A program made the position numbers and the translations under genes. Shown here piece by piece: positions 45,101 through 54,166 of a stretch of DNA of 64,000 nt. Within the stretch, counting starts at the first letter, position 1. Each line of letters begins with the position of its first letter. The notes beneath the pieces are model-generated. The model did not search any database and was not told the DNA's origin. It saw only the letters and a list, made by a program, of their open reading frames with translations. This DNA comes from Candidatus Woesearchaeota archaeon (GTDB lineage Archaea > Nanobdellota > Nanobdellia > Woesearchaeales > JACPBV01). The DNA is taken from the NCBI GenBank assembly GCA_016180135.1, contig JACPBV010000005.1, positions 802-64,801 on the forward strand, written 5' to 3'.

Positions 45101-48100
45101 AGAGCTGAAGTATTCCCTGATCGGAAAATCCTTTACTGAAGATGACACCTGCGTGGAAATTGAAGAGCCAAAGGGAACATCAGCAAGCTTTGGAGGGACA
45201 CTCTATAAGATTGGAAACCCCTATGATTCCAACAGGGGGGTCTATGAGATGACTGCTGTAACAAACCCCTCAAAGGTAGAAGGGGAGTATATTGTCAAGC
45301 AGAACGAAAAGAATTATCTTTACAAGAGGAAAGAAACCTGTGAGGAAGTCTGCGGCGCAAAGGGAAGGGAGCCTCCGGCAAAAATAGTAGGAAAGCCAAA
45401 AGATCCCCCACCGGCACCATCAGGAAAAGCCGGAGAGATTGACGCAGGGAAAAAATCCCAGAGCTTCTGCATGCTTGCCAGCGACTGCTATAATCTTCAG
45501 AAAGAGGGGCAGGATAAGAAAAGCGCCGGTTCAATAATTAAGACTATTGATGATCCAAAGAAAGGGGGGCCTGTCCCGGTTACTGTGGACGAAGCAAGGC
45601 TTGAAGGCTACACGAGCGACTGCTGGGAGGGCTATGCGCCATTCTACATTTCTGGAAAGCCTGAAGAACGAGTGGAATGCTGCTGCATTAATCCTGCAGT
45701 AGGCCAGATGTCTGATTATTACGTTCAAAGTGATGTGGAAAGCAAGTCAGATGAAGACGCCAAAGCCTCGGATATTGGAGACATGAAATGGTCCTACCGC
45801 TACTGGAAGACAAACTGGAGGGCACCTTCAGGGGCAACTGCTTACAACCCAAACAGATACATTGCCGGAAGGGATTTTACTGCATGCTTCGGCCAGAACC
45901 ATATCATCTATGACGGCTTAAGCGGAAGAGGGAATCTCCTTATCATTGATCCCATCAAGCAGCATATTGCCGCATTCCAGTGCCTTGCTGTCTCACAGAT
46001 TTACAACAGGCTAACGCTGCTCAAGAACATCCTGACTTCATTGCAGACATGCTTATTGCAGATACGCACGACGGGAAAAGCCGATGCGGGAGTCTGCAAG
46101 GAACTGTTCTCTCAGTTCATCTGCTCGTTCCTCTGGAAAATCATAACGTGGGTCACCGACGGATGTTTGCCGTTCGGAGCCGGATTTGACCTCTCAAAGT
46201 CCGATAATGCATTTGCAGAGGCATTGGGCGTCGGGCTTAAGGGAGTCACTGATTCAATAGCAGACTCCCAGACGGAGATTGCGCAGGAATATGGGAATGC
46301 GAAGATCAACAATCTTCTGGGAGCTGGCCAGGAAGCTGTCTTCCGGAAAGTATGCCTGCTGGCATTCGGCTATGACTGGGAAATAGGATTAGATGATATC
46401 ATTGATGCTGCCTATGATGTTCCTTTTGCGACTCTGGTTCAGGCAGTTTTGCCGGCAAGGGAATACCTCAACTTTGATCCGATCGCAAGGCAGTCGGTGT
46501 ATGAATACCGGTCTTCATGGCTCATCAATCCCGGCTGCGATCTGGCCGGCTACCGAGTTGACTTATCCTGCGTCACGAGGGATGACATGCTCCAGTTCCC
46601 CGACGTCAAAGGCACTCCAGGAGGCATCAACTGCGGCAAGCAGGGAGATCCTTTCGGCAGCAACTGCGACTGTCTCAATGCGCAGGTCCCTCCGACAGCT
46701 CCTGCCGGCGGCCAGACTCCCTACTCAGGCGGCGGCCCGGCAGATTTCTTTTACGAGGACAGGTCCACCCTCAGCCAGAATCAATACATCGAAGTTGACT
46801 CATCGCAGATTGACAGAAAGATCAGGACATCCCCATTTAGGTATGACCATCTCAAATTTACCCTCTTTCCGGACCAGAACTATATCAGGAACGGGGGAAA
46901 TGTGAAAAACTGCTTCCCCGAAGGGCATGAGAACGGCGTGTTTTATTTCCCGATCGTCGACTATACTGCAAGGGACATCACCGGCTGTGTGGTAACGACA
47001 GACGGAAGGTTCACCTGCGATTCATCCACCGCATTTTTCTTTGACCAGGGCAATGCAAACATCCAGCAGATAACCCTGAAAAATCAGGCATTTACCATAG
47101 CCCAGAACCTCCAGCCCCAGACAGCAACATACTATGCCGGAAGCAGCGAGAACATCGAAGGCGAAGTCACCTATTTCTCCGACGGAAAATCCCCGCAATG
47201 CCTGGTCGTGAGGCTGCTGGACCCCGCAGGAAATATCCTTGAAACCAACCAGCTCAACGTCCAGACCTTAAGCCCCGACCTTTCAGCATCCAATGCCCCC
47301 TACGGAACAGCAAGCACGCCGGGAGTAAAAACAGCGCCGTTCAGGGTGAACAGGCAGATAACTTCAGAGGATATCGGCGGCCAGGGCGGCTTTTTCAAGA
47401 TTTTCTATATCCAGAACGCATTAGAACAATCTGCTGCCGGGTTTACTGTAGTTGATAAAACAAACGCCCAGGAGGGGACAGGCTCTTTGGCTTTTACTGA
47501 CAGTAACGCAAATAATGTTGTTCCGGATCCTGGAGACCAGTATGTTATTGGAACAGGAGGAGCTGTGACGCTGGCTGCCAGCGACTGCGAAAGCACCGGA
47601 TGCACAATAAGGCTTCCGGTAGGAGTCACCCTTAAAGCAAGCGGGCTGCAAAAAACTCCGAAAGGCGATTATGCTTACACATTCGATTCAAAGAGAGTTG
47701 CTCCCACAACAGTAGCCGGCGGCGCAACAAAATTCTTCCTGCACCTTGACTTAAGGCACCCGAACAAGGCAAACAACGACTGCCAGACCGTAGCTGGAAA
47801 ATCCTACGACAATACTAACATCATCGTTTCCGGTGGATTGTCGCAATCGATAAACATTCCTATCGAAGTCCTGCCGGGTGCAAGAACCGAAAACAATAAG
47901 AAATGCGAACCCAGATTTGAGGCAGACATTATCGAGTTTGAAGCTCTCGGCGTAAAAAAGCAGTTAAGCGCAGCTCCCGGTAATGATATGACAAACATCT
48001 GCGCCTGCAGCAGTGCAGTTCAGCCCAACTGCCCCCAAAAGTCAGCTGCCGGAGAATATTACAAATATTGTTATGGAACGTGCAGGGAATATCCGAAGTG

Positions 48101-48650
48101 CAATACGGGAATTGATCTGACCAATAGTCAATGCGTCTGTAATCCGCAAACTGCTCCAGGGAATTATGATTGCGGAACTTTGCCTTCTGGTGATGCAATA
48201 ACAGCTGGACTACCAGTAGCAGAAAGGAAGTTTTGCAATGAAAATGGTGGGGCGAGAAGTTGCGGAGCGACACAAACTAATATTCCACAACAACCAACTC
48301 CCCAACCCCCTACCAAGGGGTCTTTAAGCATAAGTTTAGGTGGTAAATCAATACCTGATAATGCAAGGACAGAAATAGAAAAGCAAAGGTTGGTTAACGG
48401 CATTATTGTAGTTCCACAAAATTTCCCCAACCTAAAAGGAATTTCAGTTGATACTCTATTTGGCAACATTAATACCGCAATACTCTCAAATTTAGGATCA
48501 CGATGGGAGCTAACCCCCATTACATTGTCCGAAAAAGCAAATAATGCAATTCTTCCTATTGATGAAACAATAGTCATAAAGATAGATTCAGGATCAAACA
48601 TAATTGAAGAAAGGAGGGATATTAAGATTATCCAACCAACCACAACTTAA
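42093..48650 (+). CDS. giant secreted surface protein C (FN3-like and Ig-like domains, Cys-rich regions)
   Basis: A 2185-aa ORF with signal peptide 'IAIFLIEIMLFMPFAFVDA'. FN3-like segments are 'ISEVKVENIRTTGASITWKTD...YFFKVSS' and 'IRNLNASITGQNAVKISW...YTYQVIAMD'. The TM-like 'WLAISCVVAFLLKFVIQIY' sits mid-protein. Confidence 0.85.
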   Translation: MMIITKMAKITAVQSIAIFLIEIMLFMPFAFVDALTISEVKVENIRTTGASITWKTDELADSTVEFGKTNSLGQQERSDRLVKAHIANLNGLDPNASYFFKVSSAGVSVSTEVQPPTAADDNAGKLYQFNTLRQQPMFINATVPAKLNSGHTLSIPGKTLVFALVQLFINSTLREERVADKDGNFVFPGITLGENTHKIRITSRRESEFAEKQFSIVVDTKAPELELKDFPESTSSSEFFIAGTVSENVTLKFQVSLARPDKNPPSKIRNLNASITGQNAVKISWAQSKLANGTLTPDFARYIVLRDEIPIFSTDDISGNETTDARANANRSYTYQVIAMDIFGNIGEGEEKALSIGPEGRQDIPNIEAIDVFENLKSFQKSVTAKGKFNESIMLDEQDQFYNIQVLAIDGADNQVSVTKEILLDQTPPTIQVLSPVPGQSIFENFADEVVIRGATEPGARVYLFVNRHPFAEFSQKGDIAGIPNEIENLPEADLQADCEFKVLGLDRCRKHADYQAIADEEGFFEIEDVDLTSVFAGAIRIRQKNFTTFFPDELATLEGIKDSSQARVFIIAQDIAGKRAHQAFGYKVETCFSGNFTFSARPLVQYQSPTFLSVERLREGSEQIFFYFNFSYNGQAQRAFIQSLDIQKACGEFLGDPEQSARYNISCEVLGPCLARMNPDRTTAYVTCQLDRLEVLDNANITDLEKFLKGVAKEVAFPLKLTLNYEEEFPPAPVSNIPPAAIPQPGVVIEPAAAVPQAPNTLPNRNTGLQQTFCEEVTYVLDASFINPKDVLPDWLLYDFVDILNKTLTTLNEWLEKIREILEWLAISCVVAFLLKFVIQIYRRITCHYDRFYKKISGSIGETSKSGKDDCQKCIEQEKTERESLASSMTASGKKLYTADDKYYQASVENLIAGKQDIQDRLSNKCLKACYPTCSGAWKAEEMLYNAYRFACDRVFGHASPSGWTKDKSDEDLKKKLNLGVGCTQDQSVRGRPVRAQKCRELELKYSLIGKSFTEDDTCVEIEEPKGTSASFGGTLYKIGNPYDSNRGVYEMTAVTNPSKVEGEYIVKQNEKNYLYKRKETCEEVCGAKGREPPAKIVGKPKDPPPAPSGKAGEIDAGKKSQSFCMLASDCYNLQKEGQDKKSAGSIIKTIDDPKKGGPVPVTVDEARLEGYTSDCWEGYAPFYISGKPEERVECCCINPAVGQMSDYYVQSDVESKSDEDAKASDIGDMKWSYRYWKTNWRAPSGATAYNPNRYIAGRDFTACFGQNHIIYDGLSGRGNLLIIDPIKQHIAAFQCLAVSQIYNRLTLLKNILTSLQTCLLQIRTTGKADAGVCKELFSQFICSFLWKIITWVTDGCLPFGAGFDLSKSDNAFAEALGVGLKGVTDSIADSQTEIAQEYGNAKINNLLGAGQEAVFRKVCLLAFGYDWEIGLDDIIDAAYDVPFATLVQAVLPAREYLNFDPIARQSVYEYRSSWLINPGCDLAGYRVDLSCVTRDDMLQFPDVKGTPGGINCGKQGDPFGSNCDCLNAQVPPTAPAGGQTPYSGGGPADFFYEDRSTLSQNQYIEVDSSQIDRKIRTSPFRYDHLKFTLFPDQNYIRNGGNVKNCFPEGHENGVFYFPIVDYTARDITGCVVTTDGRFTCDSSTAFFFDQGNANIQQITLKNQAFTIAQNLQPQTATYYAGSSENIEGEVTYFSDGKSPQCLVVRLLDPAGNILETNQLNVQTLSPDLSASNAPYGTASTPGVKTAPFRVNRQITSEDIGGQGGFFKIFYIQNALEQSAAGFTVVDKTNAQEGTGSLAFTDSNANNVVPDPGDQYVIGTGGAVTLAASDCESTGCTIRLPVGVTLKASGLQKTPKGDYAYTFDSKRVAPTTVAGGATKFFLHLDLRHPNKANNDCQTVAGKSYDNTNIIVSGGLSQSINIPIEVLPGARTENNKKCEPRFEADIIEFEALGVKKQLSAAPGNDMTNICACSSAVQPNCPQKSAAGEYYKYCYGTCREYPKCNTGIDLTNSQCVCNPQTAPGNYDCGTLPSGDAITAGLPVAERKFCNENGGARSCGATQTNIPQQPTPQPPTKGSLSISLGGKSIPDNARTEIEKQRLVNGIIVVPQNFPNLKGISVDTLFGNINTAILSNLGSRWELTPITLSEKANNAILPIDETIVIKIDSGSNIIEERRDIKIIQPTTT

Positions 48651-49447
48651 TCAAGTCCATTTTCAAAATTATTTTTTTCGAGAATAACTCCTGCCCTTTC
48701 CGAGCCGAGCTCTCTTGCCTTTTCAAAAGCAAATCTTGAAGATTTCTTATAACCTTCGATAAAACAATTTTCCCCAACTCTGAACCAAAGGTCTGCGATC
48801 ATTTCTTTCTTTTCAACAAGAGGGATGGCTTTCTTAAAATAAGAAATCGCCTCTAGCCTTCTGTATTGTTTTTCTGCAACATCCCCAGCCATCTCATACA
48901 TCCTACCACTCTTCTCATGCTTTGTCAAGCCTTGTTCAAGAATTTCCGCAGCAAGATCAAGCTTGCCCGCATCCTGCAGAGCACGTGCCTTTCCCAGATA
49001 ATAGCCCTCCGTTTGGTTTTCAACATCTTTTTCAGTTATGCCATAAGTTGATAAGTTTAAGGCCACCGATGCCAGCACAGCATCAGGAGAATTATTTGCA
49101 GCAAACTGACCGCCAGGAGGGCCAATAAGCATAATCAATTGTCCCCCTGCGCTTTCAACCGATATTCCGGCATCCTGGCGCAGGACACTAGTGGATACTC
49201 TCCTGTTGCCCGGCAGGATGAGTGACCCATCAGGCATCCGAGTGTAAGTTCCACCGTCTCTTCCCCTGAACGTAACCGGCCCGCTTTCTGCATAGCCGGA
49301 ACCAAAAGAAAATAAAGTTACAAGAGCCGTTAAAGGCAGTAAAGCAGCAAGAGGAAAATACCCATGACCTTTCTGAGGTAAAGAAGGTTCAGCCTGCAGA
49401 TTAAAGGGGTTAGAGTTTAACGCCTCGTCCAGACTTTCCACCGCCAT
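48647..49447 (-). CDS. membrane-anchored TPR-like repeat protein
   Basis: It has the N-terminal TM 'FPLAALLPLTALVTLFSF'. The C-terminal helical repeats include 'YYLGKARALQDAGKLDLAAEILEQGL...AISYFKKAIPL'. Confidence 0.5.
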   Translation of the reverse strand: MAVESLDEALNSNPFNLQAEPSLPQKGHGYFPLAALLPLTALVTLFSFGSGYAESGPVTFRGRDGGTYTRMPDGSLILPGNRRVSTSVLRQDAGISVESAGGQLIMLIGPPGGQFAANNSPDAVLASVALNLSTYGITEKDVENQTEGYYLGKARALQDAGKLDLAAEILEQGLTKHEKSGRMYEMAGDVAEKQYRRLEAISYFKKAIPLVEKKEMIADLWFRVGENCFIEGYKKSSRFAFEKARELGSERAGVILEKNNFENGLD

Positions 49448-49545
49448 TTCACCACCTATTAATGCTAACTTCTATAAAAATCTTGCGGTGGAAATCAGCA
49501 AAAAAAAGATGCACTATGGATGCTTCAGAATAAGCAAGGCAGAGT

Positions 49546-49920
49546 TTAAGCCGCTTCCCGGGTTATAGTCTTTACTTTATCAAAATCTTTATCAAAAGAG
49601 ATGATTGTGGAGATATCATGCCTTTTCATCACCTCAATATGCAGCTTATCATTGATTGATAGGGGAGCATTGCTTTTTATGGCGTTGAAGAAATCACCTA
49701 TAGAAACATCATATACAGTTATGTTGGCAAGCAATTCCCTGAAAAGTTCAAAAAGGTTCTCAATACCTTTTTTTTGCAATTTGTGATAGGCTTCGGCCAA
49801 AGCAAGGACTGAGGTCGCATACTCTTCCTTATTGAACTCACTTACCAGCTTTTTTACAGCCGGATCAGACCAGCTGTCGATAATGATGTTAGCATCCACA
49901 AACTTAGTCATAGAGGTCAT
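49546..49920 (-). CDS. vapC: PIN-domain toxin VapC
   Basis: Contains 'FVDANIIID', 'LALAEAY' and 'ISFDKDFDKV', the conserved acidic PIN positions. It overlaps the upstream AbrB-type gene. Confidence 0.75.
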   Translation of the reverse strand: MTSMTKFVDANIIIDSWSDPAVKKLVSEFNKEEYATSVLALAEAYHKLQKKGIENLFELFRELLANITVYDVSIGDFFNAIKSNAPLSINDKLHIEVMKRHDISTIISFDKDFDKVKTITREAA

Positions 49921-50143
49921 CCCTGACAGCTTCTTCCCTCGTAAAGTGGATCTTTTTCCTTTTCATTTCGGCATCAACAGCCGTCCAGGCCTCCATAAGG
50001 GGCTTCACTTTCAGAGGCTCAATTACTATCCTGCCGTTTTTCATTTCCATAACTACGCTGTTGCCTGGAGTGATCCCAAGCTCCTCCCTCCAGTTTTTTG
50101 GAAGAGAGATATTTCCTGTCACAGTTACATGGGCAATTGACAT
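49904..50143 (-). CDS. vapB: AbrB/SpoVT-type antitoxin VapB
   Basis: 'ISLPKNWREELGITPGNSVVMEMKNGRIVIEP' is a typical swapped-hairpin AbrB motif. Confidence 0.75.
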   Translation of the reverse strand: MSIAHVTVTGNISLPKNWREELGITPGNSVVMEMKNGRIVIEPLKVKPLMEAWTAVDAEMKRKKIHFTREEAVRDDLYD

Positions 50144-50238
50144 TTTAGATATCAGATATGAGATAAGCTATATAAACTTTTCGGATTCCTGTATGCAGTT
50201 AATAAAAACAAAAGGTTTATATATCAGTTATAAATATT

Positions 50239-51048
50239 ATGACTCCTATAACAGATATAACTTACTTACAAGCAGAATTAAACAAACCTGACAAAATGGG
50301 TAAAAGGCCAAGTGTCATTAAACCGGACTCAAGGGAGAATAAAACCACCATCCAGGTAACTAAAGATATAAAAGATACTTTGGCCGGGATAGGATCAAAA
50401 GGAGAGAGCTACAATCAAATAATTGAAAAGCTGATCACAAATTTCGAAAAGCATGCCAGCCAATCTAAAGGCCCCGTTGGACCGATTGAAGCAATGCCTT
50501 CTTCTGGGCAGATAAAGATCGGTAAAAATGTGATGCTGTCAAAATATGAGAGGATAACGATATCCATAAAAGATGCATCCAACGCAGAAGATCCATCTTG
50601 GCATGGTGGCCCGCCAATAACCCTTGAAGCCGCATATAACAAGCCATTCAAAAAAGAGGAGGATCTCTATCAGATCGATTTAAAGATAAATAAGGTGATT
50701 TTTGACAATGAGATATACAGCCCCAAGGAATTTTTTGGGGTTTTGCAAAAAGATATGGTGTATTGCAAAGAATTTGTATATTACTACCTGAGGTCTATTG
50801 TAGAGGTCCTAAAGATAGAATTTAAGAAATCAAATTATTTTTTTGGCAGTTATGGGGACTACTTTGATTTGTCCAGATGGAGGACTCTTTTCCTGAATTC
50901 CAGGCTTAGCCCGGAAATCCTTTCCGCCGATGTTGAGAGTGTGCTGTCAGACCTGAACAATGAAAGAACAAATAGCAGATTATTGGAAGATGTCAGGGGC
51001 TCATATTACAGAAAAATAAAGGGAAACGGGAGCATCGAGGCAGTATGA
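50239..51048 (+). CDS. hypothetical protein with an RHH-like N-terminal segment
   Basis: 'TTIQVTKDIKDTLAGIGSKGESYNQIIEKLI' is RHH-like. A TATA-like GTTTATATAT lies about 20 nt upstream. An ATGA overlap links it to the next gene. Confidence 0.5.
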   Translation: MTPITDITYLQAELNKPDKMGKRPSVIKPDSRENKTTIQVTKDIKDTLAGIGSKGESYNQIIEKLITNFEKHASQSKGPVGPIEAMPSSGQIKIGKNVMLSKYERITISIKDASNAEDPSWHGGPPITLEAAYNKPFKKEEDLYQIDLKINKVIFDNEIYSPKEFFGVLQKDMVYCKEFVYYYLRSIVEVLKIEFKKSNYFFGSYGDYFDLSRWRTLFLNSRLSPEILSADVESVLSDLNNERTNSRLLEDVRGSYYRKIKGNGSIEAV

Positions 51049-51617
51049 CTGGCGGGCTGAAATTTTTGCATGAGTTTTTCACAAAAAAGAAATATGATGC
51101 CGGCGGAATGACGATAACGCTTGATGAGAGGCCTGCTTTTGACATCAGTTCTGAAGATTACCGGTTCAGGGTTGTTATTGCAGAAGTAGTGGATGAAGTT
51201 GATATTTATTATAGGGATATGGCTATCGAAGACCATCACCAGCAGGCTAAGCATCAGAGGCCCCATCTGCAGTTTAAACTGCACGCAGATGGAGTGGGGC
51301 ATATCCATATTTTTTTGCCGATCAGCGATGCTAAAGACTACAGAAAATATATCTTAAGCTTTTTAGATATCATCGGTTCAGTCCTGGTTGCGATGGACAA
51401 TGAGAAAAAAGAATTGCAGCATAAATTTATGATATCGGGCAGCTTTGATAAGATAAAAGGCATGGGCGATAATATTAAACGGGTTGTTTATGACAGCTAT
51501 AAAAAAGGGGAATTGACGCTGGTAACGCTTGACAAAGAGATAAAAGTGATTGAGGGCGATTACTTAAAAAAGATCAAGGATATACCTCAAATAGCCCCTT
51601 TTTTTGAGAGAGTATAG
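51045..51617 (+). CDS. hypothetical protein
   Basis: A 190-aa ORF translationally coupled to 50239-51048. No family recognised. Confidence 0.5.
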   Translation: MTGGLKFLHEFFTKKKYDAGGMTITLDERPAFDISSEDYRFRVVIAEVVDEVDIYYRDMAIEDHHQQAKHQRPHLQFKLHADGVGHIHIFLPISDAKDYRKYILSFLDIIGSVLVAMDNEKKELQHKFMISGSFDKIKGMGDNIKRVVYDSYKKGELTLVTLDKEIKVIEGDYLKKIKDIPQIAPFFERV

Positions 51618-51690
51618 GCTTTTTTTCTGCAGGTAAAAAATATTTATGTAAAGCAGGGTGAATATCCGAGAGATACCACCTACCGCCTCT

Positions 51691-51786
51691 CTTTATGAAT
51701 GGGGCAAAAGATTTGTCTTGTTGAATATGCTGCCTCTGTCGGATGGAGAGGAGACTTTATGAATGGGGCAAAAGATTTGTCTTGTT
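51691..51786 (+). repeat. direct repeat, 2 x 32 nt with a 64-nt period
   Basis: 'ctttatgaatggggcaaaagatttgtcttgtt' occurs at 51691-51722 and 51755-51786, between convergent genes. Confidence 0.8.
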
Positions 51787-51826
51787 TAAAATATCTAAAG
51801 GGACATTGTTTGCCAAAAACTGCCCC

Positions 51827-53824
51827 TTACGGCAGAGAAAACTCACTTCCGTCAAACTTCCAGTTCACATCCTGGTTCACATGCATCCAATACCCTATGC
51901 CTGGCTCGAAGAATTTCAGAGAATTCGCAGTCTCATTCCTCCTTTTGTCAAAGCTTATCCATGCACCATTCTGGTAGGATGCTGCCGAATCAAAAGAGCT
52001 GTTCACCCCCTGCAAAGCATGGGAAGCATTTGCTCTTAGTGCCGACGGATAGCTGATGAGGTTCCATCCCTTCAGGAGGGAAAAGCCTATCGGGTAAGTG
52101 AAGCTCAGGCCGTCGAGAGAAAGGTTTCCGGGAGTGTTGAGCTTTATCCAGAATCCCTGCAGCGGATCCAGAGTGCTGAAGGTGAAATTAGTCCGGTTCT
52201 TGAAGAAGAGATATCTTTTATCCGAGCTGTTGTAAGAAAAGACTGAAGACACGTTCAATCCCGAAGTGATAGCCGCAAAGGAATAGTTGGTGAGGTTCAC
52301 CGGCAATGATATCAGGCTCCATGCAGAGGGCAATACTGCCGCAAAAGTGATAGAGCCGTTGGTGACATTGAGCAGGAAGATGTTGTTGGTCTCGTTCGCC
52401 TCATCGACAAGGTTGTCAAAATCAGCGATGATGAAGAAGCTCGAATCCTGCGAAGAATTTGCCTTCAGGCTGATGCTTTTGGATTCTCCCGGCGCAAGGA
52501 TATCGATGATATGCTCGTCCAGCTGGGTCAGGTTGCTTGAAAATGCTGCCACGGAAAAGGAAAATGCATTTGCATCCCCGCCGTTGGAAGCCTCAAAGGT
52601 GATATGCGTCGCATTGGTCCTCGGGTTATTGACTGCGATGTCAGCAAAAGGCGGCTGCTCAAAATCCGCAAACGTATAAGGCTTAGTGGTATAAGCTTCC
52701 CCGGCAGCATCCAACGTGATATTGCCCTGCTCCAAAAGAAGCGACTTTATTTTGTAAGGCCCGTTCAGCTTGCTCAGGAATACCATCGTCCCGTTGACAG
52801 GGAATGCAGCCTTTTGCAGCCCTGAAGCCAGGCTGAAGCTTTTCTTCTCTGAAAGGACAAATCCATTGAACGGGTCAACAAGGTCAAATGAAATGTTATA
52901 ATTCCCAGCCCCTTCAACAAGGAGAGATATGTTGAATTCCAAAAGGTCAGTCTGGTTATTGCCGTTGAGATCAGCAGTTCCCTCCTCAAAGCTGTCAGCA
53001 AAAAGCGTCTGCCCTGCTTCCAGTTCATCCAGCCCGTATGAGGTGTTCAATCCGAGCTCGAAAAGATAATTCACCCCGTCCCTGATGATCAGCTGGTAGA
53101 CTGTGCCGTTTTCCAGCCGTAACTTCTTCAGCTGGGAGCCGTTGATGCTGACGGAAAAAGAGTTCTGCCCCGCAGCGAGGGAAACAAGCTTTTTTGTTCC
53201 CAGCGAGCTGTTTCCGCCCTTGATCTGCATGCTTAGGTTAAAATCCCCGGTTAAGGTAGTGTTGATAGTCCCGTTGACCTGCAGGAATTCCGCCCTGCCG
53301 TTGGCATTAGTGTCCAAAAGCCCAAAAGAATCCGCAGAGGCAGAGAAAGCCGGCTGGACAAAATCAGCGCTGTCGTAATCAAAGGAATGCGCATTCTGGC
53401 GCTGGTAGACTGTAAGAAAATCCTTTTGCACCGTAAGCGAGAGATTATATGCCCCGTCAGTAAGCAGCGTAGCCTCATAAGCCAGCGTAACATTATTGCT
53501 CCCTGACTGAATGCTGTAAAACTCGGTAACAGTAGTGATCCATCTGCCGTCCTTGTAAAGGTCGCCGGTAAAAGAATAGTTGCCGGCCTGATTGTTGGTA
53601 AGAATATGGATTAACAGCTGCTCATAGCTGGCGTTTCCCTCGGTGTCGTTTGCCCCCACCGTGAAATTGGTTATATTCATCTCAGGACCGGTGTAAGAGA
53701 AGTCGTAAGATGAGAGAAGGTCGGGGAGGGAGAGGGAGTAAACTGAGGGGATAAAATATGTGAGAAGGAGCAGAGATGTAAATACTATTATGTTAGGGTA
53801 GTTATTTTTTTGATTATTTATCAT
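51827..53824 (-). CDS. secreted, sequon-rich surface (S-layer-like) glycoprotein candidate
   Basis: Its signal anchor is 'NIIVFTSLLLLTYFIPSVYS'. By eye it carries roughly thirty N-x-S/T sequons spread across 665 aa. Confidence 0.7.
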   Translation of the reverse strand: MINNQKNNYPNIIVFTSLLLLTYFIPSVYSLSLPDLLSSYDFSYTGPEMNITNFTVGANDTEGNASYEQLLIHILTNNQAGNYSFTGDLYKDGRWITTVTEFYSIQSGSNNVTLAYEATLLTDGAYNLSLTVQKDFLTVYQRQNAHSFDYDSADFVQPAFSASADSFGLLDTNANGRAEFLQVNGTINTTLTGDFNLSMQIKGGNSSLGTKKLVSLAAGQNSFSVSINGSQLKKLRLENGTVYQLIIRDGVNYLFELGLNTSYGLDELEAGQTLFADSFEEGTADLNGNNQTDLLEFNISLLVEGAGNYNISFDLVDPFNGFVLSEKKSFSLASGLQKAAFPVNGTMVFLSKLNGPYKIKSLLLEQGNITLDAAGEAYTTKPYTFADFEQPPFADIAVNNPRTNATHITFEASNGGDANAFSFSVAAFSSNLTQLDEHIIDILAPGESKSISLKANSSQDSSFFIIADFDNLVDEANETNNIFLLNVTNGSITFAAVLPSAWSLISLPVNLTNYSFAAITSGLNVSSVFSYNSSDKRYLFFKNRTNFTFSTLDPLQGFWIKLNTPGNLSLDGLSFTYPIGFSLLKGWNLISYPSALRANASHALQGVNSSFDSAASYQNGAWISFDKRRNETANSLKFFEPGIGYWMHVNQDVNWKFDGSEFSLP

Positions 53825-53844
53825 ATATTCCGCCTCAAATTTAA

Positions 53845-54162
53845 CTATAATCCTTTAATTGGTTTTGCAGACCAAATTATTAAAGTGATAAAAACTATTG
53901 ATAAAATTATGAAAATGGAGAGTAGTATAATCATTAAGGTTTTTGCAACTGTTATGTTTCTTCTATAAAAAAAAGAGGTGATTAATCCAAATAATCCATA
54001 AAACAGTCCCAAGGTTAAACCTCCTGAAAACAAAAAAACTCCCAGGGGGTTTCCGCTTTTATTTGAGATAATTAAAAAGATACTCCATTGAAAAAAACCA
54101 ACAAGTAATGGATAAACAAATGATTTTGTTTTGTTATTCATAAGGTTTTCAAGCATATGCAT
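53845..54162 (-). CDS. small membrane protein
   Basis: A 105-aa ORF with three hydrophobic helices. It sits between two co-directional secreted-protein genes. Confidence 0.45.
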   Translation of the reverse strand: MHMLENLMNNKTKSFVYPLLVGFFQWSIFLIISNKSGNPLGVFLFSGGLTLGLFYGLFGLITSFFYRRNITVAKTLMIILLSIFIILSIVFITLIIWSAKPIKGL

Positions 54163-54166
54163 AATC

